This document shows, piece by piece, positions 40,136 to 49,751 of a DNA stretch of 64,000 bases (positions are counted from its first letter, which is position 1; each line of letters starts with the position of its first letter). Under the pieces are notes generated by a model. That model saw only the letters and a list, made by a program, of their open reading frames with translations, ran no database searches and was not told the origin of the DNA. The DNA lies in IMG/VR virus record IMGVR_UViG_3300022744_000001, positions 322,022 through 386,021 of that record; one strand, given 5' to 3'. Both the position numbers and the translations under genes were made by a program. This DNA is from a virus.

Positions 40136-40498
40136 TCACACGGGCTTTAGGTTGCCTCTCGCTTCATCGAACCGAAGGAAACGGAGCACCACCCCAAAAA
40201 TGGAGTAGAACTCAGTCACCGCCTGGGCAAAGGCGAGATGATTGGCCCGGCGGAGGAAATATGCCTTCTTGACCAGAAGACGTAAGGACCGAACCTGCTT
40301 GAGATACATCTCCGCCCGGTCAAGCTGTTTCAGCTCTTCCAAGGACTCTTTCAGCCTTGTGTACCGACGGATCATGTCTCTGAGCAGTTCTTGGGTTTGG
40401 ATGTCGAAGAACAGGTCCTTGGGGCGCCACTGGTTATCGCCACGGGTAAAAGTACCCGTTTCTTCCTTCAGGATTCGAAGAAGCCCAGGGGTCGCCAC
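40136..40498 (-). CDS. Hypothetical helical protein
   Basis: 120 aa filling the gap between two paralogs. Confidence 0.65.
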   Translation of the reverse strand: MATPGLLRILKEETGTFTRGDNQWRPKDLFFDIQTQELLRDMIRRYTRLKESLEELKQLDRAEMYLKQVRSLRLLVKKAYFLRRANHLAFAQAVTEFYSIFGVVLRFLRFDEARGNLKPV

Positions 40499-40510
40499 CT
40501 CAGCCTACCT

Positions 40511-41140
40511 TCAAGTCAGAGCAACAACGCTGGACAGCTGGGCGTCCGCGCGAACCTGAGCCGACGTGGTAGACGTCGCAACGCCCGGAATGAGGGCTGC
40601 TGGAATCACGATGCTCGTTGCCGAGACCGTGCCGCCACCCGTCGTGATCTGGGTCTGTGTCAACGTCTTGGCGCCGGTGCCCGTGAGGATGACCGTGGTG
40701 ATCTCCGGGGCGAGGGAGGTCAGGCCGGTGCCCGTGATGGTGAGGTCGCCAGAACTGGGGGTGTCCAGGTCCGCCGTCGTGATGACGGGGGCCACCACGT
40801 CTGTGGGCAGGAAAGAGGTCACCGTGATGAGACCCGCGACCTGAAGCCCGTGGATAGTGCCCTTAGCCTGGGAAAGGAGCACACGGTCGCCTTCCTTGAG
40901 GTCGATGTACCCAGCGACTGTGGCATCTCCCGCCTTTGTACGGGGGACGTACACCTTCTGCTTGTTGAAGTTGACGCCGGGCTTGGTGCTCTTGTCCGGG
41001 CCGCTGAGGCTGTTGCCGTCGCGAACGTAACGCTTGGGGTCACCCACACCACGCTTTGCCGTTTGGCGGGGCAGCCCATCGTTGATGTCGTTCAGCAGCA
41101 GAGCCCCTTGGACTGTCTGGTTGTGGGTAATCCTCAGCAT
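40511..41140 (-). CDS. Virion protein with C-terminal IPT/Ig-like domain (paralog)
   Basis: ATG 41140 with AGGAG SD; shares C-terminal domain with 39364. Confidence 0.75.
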   Translation of the reverse strand: MLRITHNQTVQGALLLNDINDGLPRQTAKRGVGDPKRYVRDGNSLSGPDKSTKPGVNFNKQKVYVPRTKAGDATVAGYIDLKEGDRVLLSQAKGTIHGLQVAGLITVTSFLPTDVVAPVITTADLDTPSSGDLTITGTGLTSLAPEITTVILTGTGAKTLTQTQITTGGGTVSATSIVIPAALIPGVATSTTSAQVRADAQLSSVVALT

Positions 41141-41194
41141 GATCGCTCCTGGGGGTATCCTGGGTTGTTCAAAGACGCGAATCACATAAATGGA

Positions 41195-41713
41195 TCAAAG
41201 ACCATCTAGGGGAGCCGGGGAAGCGTCCTTGCTGGCCGAGAGAAACGCCAAAAGCATCTGGGGGTCGGTCGTACTTGAGTCGAACAACTCGGTACCTGGG
41301 AAGCCTCCAAACTTGAGCGCGTCAACCACGACCTCCGAGCAAAAAAGCGCGTTAGAGTCGTCGAAGGGGTTGCGCCACTTGCGCTTGAACCAACGCCCCA
41401 TAACCACGAATGCGGCCCCAAAAAAGCCGAAGTAGTCGTACCTGAACCCCAACCACTGAGTGACGCGTTGAATCCCTGGGATGATCGGGTGGTTCAAGTC
41501 GAAGATGGCGACAATCTTGTGGTGCTTCCGGAACGCCTCAAAGGTCAGCATCTGGAAGCCACCCATAGTCGCCTGCATGACCATGTCTTCCCCAAGGAAA
41601 GAGTCACTGACCAATAGCCAGGTATGACTCACCTTGCCCCGGGTGAAAAAACGAATGGCTCGAGAGACAAGCTTGTTGCTCGTCGAGAACCCCACCTTCA
41701 CTGTAGTTGGCAT
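41195..41713 (-). CDS. Permuted papain-like NlpC/P60 (YiiX/YebB-like) enzyme
   Basis: His before Cys: SRAIRFFTRGKVSHTW ... LGFRYDY ... LFCSEVV; ATG overlaps upstream TGA. Confidence 0.82.
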   Translation of the reverse strand: MPTTVKVGFSTSNKLVSRAIRFFTRGKVSHTWLLVSDSFLGEDMVMQATMGGFQMLTFEAFRKHHKIVAIFDLNHPIIPGIQRVTQWLGFRYDYFGFFGAAFVVMGRWFKRKWRNPFDDSNALFCSEVVVDALKFGGFPGTELFDSSTTDPQMLLAFLSASKDASPAPLDGL

Positions 41714-42018
41714 CAAACCCTCCAGTGATCGAGGGCGTACCAAATGAAAAGGACCCCCACGACGCACGTGAGGGGGTCACTAAGCCAGGAGTTCCACCAT
41801 GACTCCGAGTTCAGCCACACGTGGGGGTGCCGCGGGATCATGAAGTGCTCGAACACTTCCCAACCAAACGCAAAAGCGAGACACCCAATGAAAGACCAGA
41901 CTCGGTTCCAACCAAAGACCCAGGGGATGTGACCCGCGAAAATCCAGAATGAGAGATGGACGATTGTCCACACGTCAAAGAATGACTTGCCCGTTGCAAT
42001 CGGCCAAAACCAATTCAT
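41713..42018 (-). CDS. Small multi-pass membrane protein (VanZ/DUF2585-like motif)
   Basis: About three W/F-rich hydrophobic segments; D.W...H, WE..E and ES..N...D motifs. Confidence 0.7.
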   Translation of the reverse strand: MNWFWPIATGKSFFDVWTIVHLSFWIFAGHIPWVFGWNRVWSFIGCLAFAFGWEVFEHFMIPRHPHVWLNSESWWNSWLSDPLTCVVGVLFIWYALDHWRV

Positions 42019-42020
42019 AC

Positions 42021-42173
42021 CTACCCCTTTACCGGCTCCCAGTCTTTGGCTCCGCAGGGACAGGGCTTGTCCTCAGCTGGTTGCCCATCCTTCGGAGGGT
42101 TGAGAACCTCCGCTAGAGTAGCGACCCTGCCACAATTTTTGCACCTGTACTTTGAGGTAGGTTTGAGAGCCAT
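42021..42173 (-). CDS. 50-aa zinc-ribbon microprotein (not in ORF track)
   Basis: MALKPTSKYRCKNCGRVATLAEVLNPPKDGQPAEDKPCPCGAKDWEPVKG*; fills the gap between neighbours with 3- and 2-nt spacers. Confidence 0.75.
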   Translation of the reverse strand: MALKPTSKYRCKNCGRVATLAEVLNPPKDGQPAEDKPCPCGAKDWEPVKG

Positions 42174-42176
42174 GGC

Positions 42177-42989
42177 TTACGCCCCTTGCTGGAAGGTTTC
42201 CACGTAGATCTGAAATCGAGGGTGAGATCCGGTGGGGTGCCAGAAAATCCACCGGATCTTGTTCGTGTGATAGGTCGCGTTGTACGTAAGGTACTTGGCC
42301 GCGCGCCCATCCGATACCACGTACCCATCCCCAAGAACTTCGAGGTTCACTGGGGTTACGAACTGAATGCTACCACCGTAGATCGCGGGGATATCCGGGA
42401 CCGCGATAACGGCGACAAACCACTGCTCTGTCGTCCCCGTGCGGATAACTTCGGGGGTCACAAGCTTCCCAGAGATGACCTCGTAGTCCCACGAAGGCTC
42501 ATAGTCGAGCACGGTCTTTACCGCACTAGCAGGATCAGTAGTCACCGTGTCAGATCCATCGTAACAAGTCATCGTTACGGTGTTGGCGTTCACCATGCTT
42601 GTGCCTGAGACCTTCTTGTCGTGTAACGAAGAGGGGTCACCAGGAACAAACGAGAAGACCTTCAGCTGGAAGTTCTTCGCGGTAATCACAGCGGTTGTAC
42701 GCACGGAAATACGACCGTCAAGCTCTTGCTTGACCCCCGAAAGTGTGACCGCTTGAGGAGGCTGCGCCAACGACTCCCCCGAATGTGCCGCCACGAGGCC
42801 GTCGAGGATTGTCTCATCGCCGGAGGACAAGGCGGCCTTAAACCAGATCGAACACGTCCCACTGGCCGTCGAGATGTAGTCCAGGGCTGTGACAATGGCG
42901 CTGGCTTGAATCTCTTGGGTCAACCGGCTCGAGTCCACCGCCGCGTTGGGGAAAGCGGTTGCGATTGTGTAGTCGTAGTTCTGCGACAT
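42177..42989 (-). CDS. Putative virion structural protein
   Basis: 270 aa at end of fibre cluster; beta-rich C-terminus. Confidence 0.65.
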   Translation of the reverse strand: MSQNYDYTIATAFPNAAVDSSRLTQEIQASAIVTALDYISTASGTCSIWFKAALSSGDETILDGLVAAHSGESLAQPPQAVTLSGVKQELDGRISVRTTAVITAKNFQLKVFSFVPGDPSSLHDKKVSGTSMVNANTVTMTCYDGSDTVTTDPASAVKTVLDYEPSWDYEVISGKLVTPEVIRTGTTEQWFVAVIAVPDIPAIYGGSIQFVTPVNLEVLGDGYVVSDGRAAKYLTYNATYHTNKIRWIFWHPTGSHPRFQIYVETFQQGA

Positions 42990-42990
42990 C

Positions 42991-43656
42991 TTATCCGACC
43001 TTTAGCAAGGTGAGAGAGCGGTTGCCCATGGTACCGGTACCAGCAGACACACGCCAACGCACGTCGATAGCTTGACCCGCAGCAACAGTTGCCACACACA
43101 CGAGGGTAATCGTAGCGCGCAGAGTCTGATTACCACGACTGTACTGACGCTCGCTGTTCGTCACTTTTGTGCCATTCGCAAATACGCTGGCAAACATATT
43201 AGCGTTGCCGCTGGCATTCGACCAATCTGAGGAAAACGTCACAATGTACGTCCCAGCCCCAGGGGTTAGCGTCATGCTTGTGACTGCAACATCAGTCGTA
43301 CTCGTGGTCGTGATGTCACCCGCAGCATTCGTATGGTTGTAGGAGGGGTTTCCGCCACCTCCGCCAGTGGACAACCACACGGCAGAACCCGTCGTGCTCG
43401 ATACACAAACGTACTCGGTGGGTCCTGTGGTGTTCAACCAACGAGACCCAACCTCATACCCAGCCACACCATCGTCGGTTGCGGTAGGAGCAACCGTGGT
43501 GACGTTGTCTTTCTGAGCCCGAACCTCTTGTACGGACCCATTCCGATAAGTTCGAAGTTCCCCTGCTGTCGAGTTATACCAAACCTGCCCCGCAACAGGG
43601 CTGGAAGGGTCCGCCGTCAGAGAATCCAACTGCAAAAACTCGGAGCCTAAAGGCAT
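42991..43656 (-). CDS. Fibre-like protein
   Basis: Shares DP.SP..GQ.WYNST and PT...D...GY..GS.W.NTT...CxS...G.AVW modules with 43660; C-terminal jelly-roll-like domain. Confidence 0.7.
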   Translation of the reverse strand: MPLGSEFLQLDSLTADPSSPVAGQVWYNSTAGELRTYRNGSVQEVRAQKDNVTTVAPTATDDGVAGYEVGSRWLNTTGPTEYVCVSSTTGSAVWLSTGGGGGNPSYNHTNAAGDITTTSTTDVAVTSMTLTPGAGTYIVTFSSDWSNASGNANMFASVFANGTKVTNSERQYSRGNQTLRATITLVCVATVAAGQAIDVRWRVSAGTGTMGNRSLTLLKVG

Positions 43657-43659
43657 AGA

Positions 43660-45213
43660 TCAGCTCGATTCGCCAGAGGCAATCGCCGTCCAAGAAACCG
43701 CCGTGAGACTCGAGACCGTGTTCGTGCCCATGTTGATCACGAAGCTACCTGCAAGCTGAGACTCAACGTTGGGGGTGTACAAGGTACCACTCGTGGCGAT
43801 AATCGGAGTCAGCGTGATTGCGTAGGCAGTGCTAGCGAAAGCAGTCGTGAAAGTCACAGTCGCCTTCTTGGGGTTTCCTGCAAACGACGCGGCAAGCACC
43901 TTACCTGCCTTCGTTGTAAGGACACCGGCGATGTTGGTCAGCTCTTTCCAGACCGCCGCCCCTGTACCGTTCGAAATGCAAATCCACGAAGTGCCGTTCG
44001 TGGTGTTGTTCCAATGCGACCCCGGGACATAACCCTGAGTACCGTCGTTATTCACGGTTGGGTTGGCGGTTGCCGCAAAATTGGACTGCGGAGCGAAGCC
44101 ATGACCCGAGGACGAGGTCAACGAGTGGAGCGTACCGCCACCACGGTTTCCGTGAGCATGAGTGTGGTCCGAACGAGCCAACGAAGTCGCGGTACCTTCC
44201 GCGTTCGTGCTGTCGGTCAAAGTGATCACTGCGGCGGTGGAAACCGCGTGAACGTGGTCACGACGAACCAGGCCCGCAGCCGTACCCCCCGAAGCCGAAG
44301 CTCCCGCCTGAATGGTCGAGATGGTGCCAGTCGCAGTATCGATCGCGTGGGTGTGGTTCGAGATAGCGTACGAAGACGCTGCACCCTGGGTGTTGGTCGA
44401 AGTCGCGTCGAGGCCAACTGCCGAAGCCACCGCAAGGGCGTCCGCACCCCCAGGGTTGTGCCGACTCGCGTGCGCACTCACCGTCACACCATCAACGGTG
44501 CCTACGTTCGTGATGGCGTTGCCGCCCATGTTGAGGGAACCCGACATGGCTCGAGTACCCGCCACAAGCAGGTACTGCGTGTGGTCATCTGCGGTCAGAT
44601 TCGTCAACGAACTGTGGCTGACTGCGGTACCGAGGCTACCCCAAGAGGCGCCGTCGTACGTGTAAATGAGGTTTTCCGCTTCAACGCGAGTCGTGAAACC
44701 CTCGTTAGGAATAGCGTAATCCCACGAGGAGCCGTTCCATTCCGCGATCTGGTTCTCTTTGCCCAACCATGTGCTAGTGGCTGTGGCGATGATGAGGTAC
44801 CGATCACCCGTCGTGGGCGAGCCCGGTGGCGTGGTGATACGGCTAAGCACCGAGTTCTGCCAGTCGAACCCACGCAACTTCTGGTTGATCTGGTCGGTTA
44901 CCCATTGACGCTGAGCAACGTCTGTCGAGCTGGAGCCCTGCGCGATGTTGGTGATCGCGAAGCCGCCCATATTGATGGCGCCCGCCAAAGTGCTGCCCGC
45001 CGTACGAGCTTGCTCGAGCGTAGTGGTGTGCGGGTTCGACGTGTTCCCCGTGTGACCCGAGAATGTCGTAGAGTCTGTGAGACTAACCGTAGCGCTATTA
45101 CGGTAAACCTTGAAAAGCTGGCTGGTAGAGTTATACCAAGCCTGGCCTTCTTGTGGACTACCAGGGTCCGCAGACAGTGTATCGTACAGAATCCCATCTA
45201 CAGCTAACGGCAT
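43660..45213 (-). CDS. Modular fibre protein with DUF2793-like domain
   Basis: WQNSVLSRITTPPGSPTTGDRYLI...WLGKENQIAEWNGSSW; repeated DH.HA knobs; C-terminal domain shared with 45217. Confidence 0.75.
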   Translation of the reverse strand: MPLAVDGILYDTLSADPGSPQEGQAWYNSTSQLFKVYRNSATVSLTDSTTFSGHTGNTSNPHTTTLEQARTAGSTLAGAINMGGFAITNIAQGSSSTDVAQRQWVTDQINQKLRGFDWQNSVLSRITTPPGSPTTGDRYLIIATATSTWLGKENQIAEWNGSSWDYAIPNEGFTTRVEAENLIYTYDGASWGSLGTAVSHSSLTNLTADDHTQYLLVAGTRAMSGSLNMGGNAITNVGTVDGVTVSAHASRHNPGGADALAVASAVGLDATSTNTQGAASSYAISNHTHAIDTATGTISTIQAGASASGGTAAGLVRRDHVHAVSTAAVITLTDSTNAEGTATSLARSDHTHAHGNRGGGTLHSLTSSSGHGFAPQSNFAATANPTVNNDGTQGYVPGSHWNNTTNGTSWICISNGTGAAVWKELTNIAGVLTTKAGKVLAASFAGNPKKATVTFTTAFASTAYAITLTPIIATSGTLYTPNVESQLAGSFVINMGTNTVSSLTAVSWTAIASGESS

Positions 45214-45216
45214 TGG

Positions 45217-45690
45217 TTATCCTCCAGCAGCGACACACTGCCAACCCATCTCAACCAGGCCCGCCACATTGTTGGCGTTCAGGTTCAAAACGAACCCGCC
45301 CGAGGTTTTGCTCTCCGCGGAGGGGCTAAACGTCCGCGACCCATCAGTGACGGGTGAAAAAACAATTGCGTAGGTACCCGTGAAGGCGGAGGCAAACGTC
45401 ACCGTTGCCTTCTTCGGGTTCCCTGAAAAACTGCCAGGAATCACCACGCCTGCTTTAACATTGGTCGTTGCAGGTGTTGCTGAGACCGGATCCCACGCTG
45501 TATTCGCATCATCTCGACGGTAAAGGACGCCCGTGTCCGAGCGCCAGAACCACTCCCCGGCCACCGGGCTCGAGGGGAAAGACGTACCCGAAGGAGCGAC
45601 AAGAGCGCCGCCGTCCGTGCGGTCAAACTGGTACACACCTTCAATGATCATCGAGGTGGTACGGTCAATGATGACCTGAACAATACCCAT
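45217..45690 (-). CDS. Short fibre-like protein
   Basis: FPSSPVAGEWFWRSDTGVLY module plus GNPKKATVTF domain shared with 43660. Confidence 0.7.
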   Translation of the reverse strand: MGIVQVIIDRTTSMIIEGVYQFDRTDGGALVAPSGTSFPSSPVAGEWFWRSDTGVLYRRDDANTAWDPVSATPATTNVKAGVVIPGSFSGNPKKATVTFASAFTGTYAIVFSPVTDGSRTFSPSAESKTSGGFVLNLNANNVAGLVEMGWQCVAAGG

Positions 45691-46152
45691 TTACGGCACC
45701 TTTGTTCGTTGGATGGACGAAACCCGACCGTTCACATAGGTGTAAACCTCGGTGGTGCGCATCACCTCAGAGCCAGAGCCGTCGTATTGAATGGCCACGA
45801 CCTGAGATACTCGACCAGAAGATAGGTAGGTGTATTGTTCTTCTCGGATCTTGAGAGTCTTTGCGTTGCTAGTCCAAACAATCCACGAAGACGGGTTTGA
45901 ACCCGTGCCGTATGTGACCTCCTCGTAAGAGGTCTCGTCCAGTTCATGAACCAAGGTGTCGAGGGACTCGTGCTGAGGTCCGGTAATACCCGAACCTGCC
46001 AAGCCCTTCTCGACCCCTTCTTCGTAAAACCGAAACCCGACGCCGGTGACGTACCGGATCTCTCCGTTTACTACTGGGGTAATCGAGCTGGGTTCGAGGA
46101 TAACGCCCTCGTCCTCCCGCTCCCCAGGAAACCTATCCGGTGTCCTCGGCAT
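45691..46152 (-). CDS. Putative virion protein
   Basis: 153 aa with beta-hairpin Y-T-Y motifs; abuts next gene. Confidence 0.65.
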   Translation of the reverse strand: MPRTPDRFPGEREDEGVILEPSSITPVVNGEIRYVTGVGFRFYEEGVEKGLAGSGITGPQHESLDTLVHELDETSYEEVTYGTGSNPSSWIVWTSNAKTLKIREEQYTYLSSGRVSQVVAIQYDGSGSEVMRTTEVYTYVNGRVSSIQRTKVP

Positions 46153-46156
46153 GGCC

Positions 46157-46753
46157 TCACCTTCGGGGCTTCTTCCCCTTCGCAGGAGGCGGCCTAGAGG
46201 TAGATCTTCCGGCCGGGGGCGGCTCGGATAGGGGAGCCTCGTCCTCCGACGTTTCTGGGGCTTCTGAAGCCTCGTCCCGTCGATTCGCTAAAGGATTGCC
46301 TGGGTGTTGTCCCAAAGCTCGCGCATCAGGACGACGCGGGTCAATCTCCTCAGCCGTACCCTCCTCAAGCTTGACAGCTTCGTCCAGGCTCTGTTTCTCA
46401 GAGTCGTAGAGCGATTTTGCAACCTTCACCACTTGGCGAAGAGCAATGACTTTGCCTTGAGCCTGGTACTTCTGAACCTCAGCCTGAATGCCAAGATTCT
46501 GGAGAATCGCGGCACCCCGCAAAACCCATCGCTTTGCGAGGTCCCCTTCCTCCATCGACAAGGTGCCTTCCTTGATGTCCTTGTCGATGTTGGCGGTCAA
46601 ACCCTCCACGGCGGTTTTTGCCGCCGTGAAGGCTGTCCGGGCACCTGCCAGCTCGCTTTGCTCCCTCTCGGCAATCTCGAGCTGGTCATCCAACTTGACC
46701 CCCACCTCGTGATAGGTGAGGGCTTTGATTTCATGCTTTAGTTTGTTTCCCAT
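46157..46753 (-). CDS. Coiled-coil hypothetical protein
   Basis: 198 aa, helical N-terminus, disordered C-terminus. Confidence 0.7.
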   Translation of the reverse strand: MGNKLKHEIKALTYHEVGVKLDDQLEIAEREQSELAGARTAFTAAKTAVEGLTANIDKDIKEGTLSMEEGDLAKRWVLRGAAILQNLGIQAEVQKYQAQGKVIALRQVVKVAKSLYDSEKQSLDEAVKLEEGTAEEIDPRRPDARALGQHPGNPLANRRDEASEAPETSEDEAPLSEPPPAGRSTSRPPPAKGKKPRR

Positions 46754-46786
46754 TTACATTCCTTTGGGGCCCAAAGGGCCCCAGGA

Positions 46787-48718
46787 TCAGCCCCAAACAA
46801 TCATGGTGATCACGTCGGGCTTCGCACCAGCGCGAGTGTTGAACTCGAACTTGATGTCCCCGTTTGCCGGGACGTCGCCCGGGTACACGTCGTGGTTGGC
46901 AGCCGAGTTGGCGCCGTTGCGAAGGAGCACGCCGTTGAGGTAGACGTCCACCATCGCCACGAAGTTGGCCGAGAGGTACGCGGGCAACTGCGCGTCGAGG
47001 TTGGGCGTACCGCCCGCACCGGTCATGTTCGTGTCCGCCGCCGAAGCGTTGGTCACGACTGCCACGCCCTTGGTGCGCTGGCCACCCTTGGCCTGGTAGA
47101 TGGCGTTGAGCAGCGAGACTTCGCCGAACGCCGTCTTGTAGTTGTTCCACTCAGTCGTGGTGTCGGACAGCTTGACGCCCGCCGTTTGCACCCAGGTCGA
47201 ACCAGTCTGGTTCGAATCGTCGAAGTAGATCTCCCCAGCGGAGTTCAAAGTCATGTCGCTGGCCGCCGCCGTAGCGATGGTCAACGCACCCGCCGAGTCA
47301 ATCTGACCCGCCGTCACGCCCACATTGAGCTGGGTACCCGTCGTATCGAACGAAACGCCGTTGGTGAACGTCGTGTTGTTCGAGGGGTTCGTGAACGTGA
47401 TAGTGTCAGCGTCCACTGTGACCGAATCGCCCGAAACGGTCGGCGAAATCTTGAGGAGGTCACGGGCTCCCGTCGAGTCCTCGAACTTGAGGGAGTAGGT
47501 GTCCGTGATCTGCCACAGGATGTTGCGGTCAGTTTGAGTGGCAGGACCCACCTGGTTGTCGATGGCGTTGTTCAACGTCACGTCAGTCGAAGCCGCCGAC
47601 TGGTCAACGAAGACGCCCGACAAGAACGCCGTCTCAGGGATGGCGTCCAGGTTGATGCGTCGAACGTAGGAGTAGTTGACCGTCTTGCCGCCCAGGTACG
47701 TGGCGTCCACGTGCTCCAAGGCATCACCAGCCATGTTCTCAGCAACGAAGCTGATCTGAACCTGGTGGTTCGTGTCGTTGAAGGTGTCCCCGTCAACAAC
47801 GCCCGTCTCGGTCTGCAAGAGGCCGTAGATGTCCTTGCCGTTGCCGTTCTGAAGGACCTGGCCGTCCGAAGCATCCCGGATAAGGACCAAGTTCTTCGGC
47901 GAGATCGGGTTGGGCCCGGAGACGGCTACCGAGGACCAGGTGCCAACGTCCGTGGCGAGGGACGCGACCACAACACCATTCGCGGTACCCGCGCCAACAG
48001 CAGCGGTCTCCGTGGGGGTCTCGCTCGAGGCAGCGGAGAGGATCTTGATGTCACCAGCACCACCGGTCATCCCGGTAACGGTGAAGCCAACATCCGAAAC
48101 CGTCTCGGTGACCGCGTGGTTACCAACGGTGCCCTTTTGGTCGTGGGTGAGGTTCGTGAGAGCACCGCCACCGGAGGTAGCCGTGATCAACAACGAGGCG
48201 CCCACGCCGTTGATGGCCGCCAGGATGGCCGCTGCAACCGTGGAGGCCGAGTCGCCACCGGTGAAGGTCACGGCAACGTTACCCGGACTCACAGCAGCGT
48301 TGCTGTCAAACTCGAACACGGTCGGGGTGTGAATACCGTCGTTCAGGGTGAAGGTCTCGCCGTCAACAAGCAACGAGCCCGCAACCGCAGTAATGCTACC
48401 CGTTGCCGCCACCGCAGCCGGGATAGAGAGGTCGTTGAGGACCTGGCCACGAAAGAGGAAACGCTTTTCCTCAATGTCGTTCAAGTCAACGTTGAGGTCA
48501 TAGATCGCGCGCTTCTTGGCGTTGACCGTTGGGATGTCATCGTACCAGTTGCCAGCACCATCATCATAGATGGCTCGCTTCAACTGAGAACGAACCGAGT
48601 TCAGGTCATCCTGAAGGTTCGTTGCGCCGGTCTGGAGGGTTGACCCCGCCGACAAGGTGTCGTCGTAAGACTCCGACGAATAGATTTGAGTATCTTGCTG
48701 GATGAATGTACGACCCAC
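46787..48718 (-). CDS. Large virion structural protein (fibre/collar-like)
   Basis: 643 aa T/G/A/V-rich; DGETFTLNDG...VFEFDS insert; C-terminal VYLNGV module shared with 48769. Confidence 0.7.
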   Translation of the reverse strand: MGRTFIQQDTQIYSSESYDDTLSAGSTLQTGATNLQDDLNSVRSQLKRAIYDDGAGNWYDDIPTVNAKKRAIYDLNVDLNDIEEKRFLFRGQVLNDLSIPAAVAATGSITAVAGSLLVDGETFTLNDGIHTPTVFEFDSNAAVSPGNVAVTFTGGDSASTVAAAILAAINGVGASLLITATSGGGALTNLTHDQKGTVGNHAVTETVSDVGFTVTGMTGGAGDIKILSAASSETPTETAAVGAGTANGVVVASLATDVGTWSSVAVSGPNPISPKNLVLIRDASDGQVLQNGNGKDIYGLLQTETGVVDGDTFNDTNHQVQISFVAENMAGDALEHVDATYLGGKTVNYSYVRRINLDAIPETAFLSGVFVDQSAASTDVTLNNAIDNQVGPATQTDRNILWQITDTYSLKFEDSTGARDLLKISPTVSGDSVTVDADTITFTNPSNNTTFTNGVSFDTTGTQLNVGVTAGQIDSAGALTIATAAASDMTLNSAGEIYFDDSNQTGSTWVQTAGVKLSDTTTEWNNYKTAFGEVSLLNAIYQAKGGQRTKGVAVVTNASAADTNMTGAGGTPNLDAQLPAYLSANFVAMVDVYLNGVLLRNGANSAANHDVYPGDVPANGDIKFEFNTRAGAKPDVITMIVWG

Positions 48719-48768
48719 AGGCGCCCCCTTTTAAGGACTCTCTCCCCTTGCAAGTCGGATAAAAGGTT

Positions 48769-49092
48769 TCAAGAAGCTGTGATGATGTAGTCCGCAGTCA
48801 GGTGGTCTTTGGCCCGTGGAGCCACCAAAAGTGTAACCGAATCATAGCCGGTACCCGCCCCGCCGCTCTCGACAACCATGTAGTCGTCAAGCAACGTGAG
48901 CCGAACGCCGTTGAGGTAGAGCTGAATTGAAAGAAACGGGAGGTTGTGAACGTAAGTCTCGGTACCCGGAACCCGAAAGGTCGTGTTGATTCCGTTTTTC
49001 GTGCCAATCAACCCTTGGCCCGTGCGGTAACGACCAACGGCTATGAATAGCTGCTGGGCGTGTTGCAGGTTGAGGTAGTTGATTAAGTACAC
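48769..49092 (-). CDS. Small virion beta protein
   Basis: GTKNGINTTF...LYLNGVRL...DDY...APRAKDHLTADY module. Confidence 0.65.
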   Translation of the reverse strand: MYLINYLNLQHAQQLFIAVGRYRTGQGLIGTKNGINTTFRVPGTETYVHNLPFLSIQLYLNGVRLTLLDDYMVVESGGAGTGYDSVTLLVAPRAKDHLTADYIITAS

Positions 49093-49121
49093 GAGTCACA
49101 ACCCCCGCGGTTGTAGCGGTT

Positions 49122-49751
49122 TTAGCGGGGGTTTGCGTACGAGAATGTAGCGCTGAAATTGACTGTGCCCCCGTTTCCACGAACCCAGATAGACGAGACG
49201 ATCCCGTTGTAGTTGACGAAGTCTTTGCCCGCAGCGACGGTGATCTCTGGTCCGCCATCTTGGGTGATGATCATGAGGTCTTTTGAGTTGTCCAGGTTGG
49301 ACACTCGAAAGTTCTCCATGGCTCGAGGCAAGTCGATTTGGGTTGAACTCAGCGGGGCAGTGGCACTGAAACCCGTAACCGACTGCCCTGTGTACGGGGG
49401 GAGCACCAGGGTAGCAGCGCTCGGGGCCGGGGAGCCCAACTCTGCATTTGAGGCGTCCACGTAGAACAACTTGAGCCAGAAAGCCGCAGTGTCCGACAAC
49501 CCGAAGTCCCCTGGCTTGAGGACGATGCGAACGTTGTCTCCAGGCTGGATCACGCTGTGAACCCCCGCCAACGCAGGGTCCAGGTACCCGTTCCGGGGAG
49601 CTGTGATCACCGTCGTCGAGAATGAGCCTGTCGGGGACGTATCGGTCTTCAACCGGTACCCTACAACCCCCGTGCTCGCAGCAAGCGCAGGAGTGACGAA
49701 GTCGATGAGACCAGGCTTACGCCGAAGGATTGAAAATAGACGCGCCGTCAT
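49122..49751 (-). CDS. Putative virion protein
   Basis: 209 aa beta-rich; 4-nt overlap with upstream gene. Confidence 0.65.
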   Translation of the reverse strand: MTARLFSILRRKPGLIDFVTPALAASTGVVGYRLKTDTSPTGSFSTTVITAPRNGYLDPALAGVHSVIQPGDNVRIVLKPGDFGLSDTAAFWLKLFYVDASNAELGSPAPSAATLVLPPYTGQSVTGFSATAPLSSTQIDLPRAMENFRVSNLDNSKDLMIITQDGGPEITVAAGKDFVNYNGIVSSIWVRGNGGTVNFSATFSYANPR

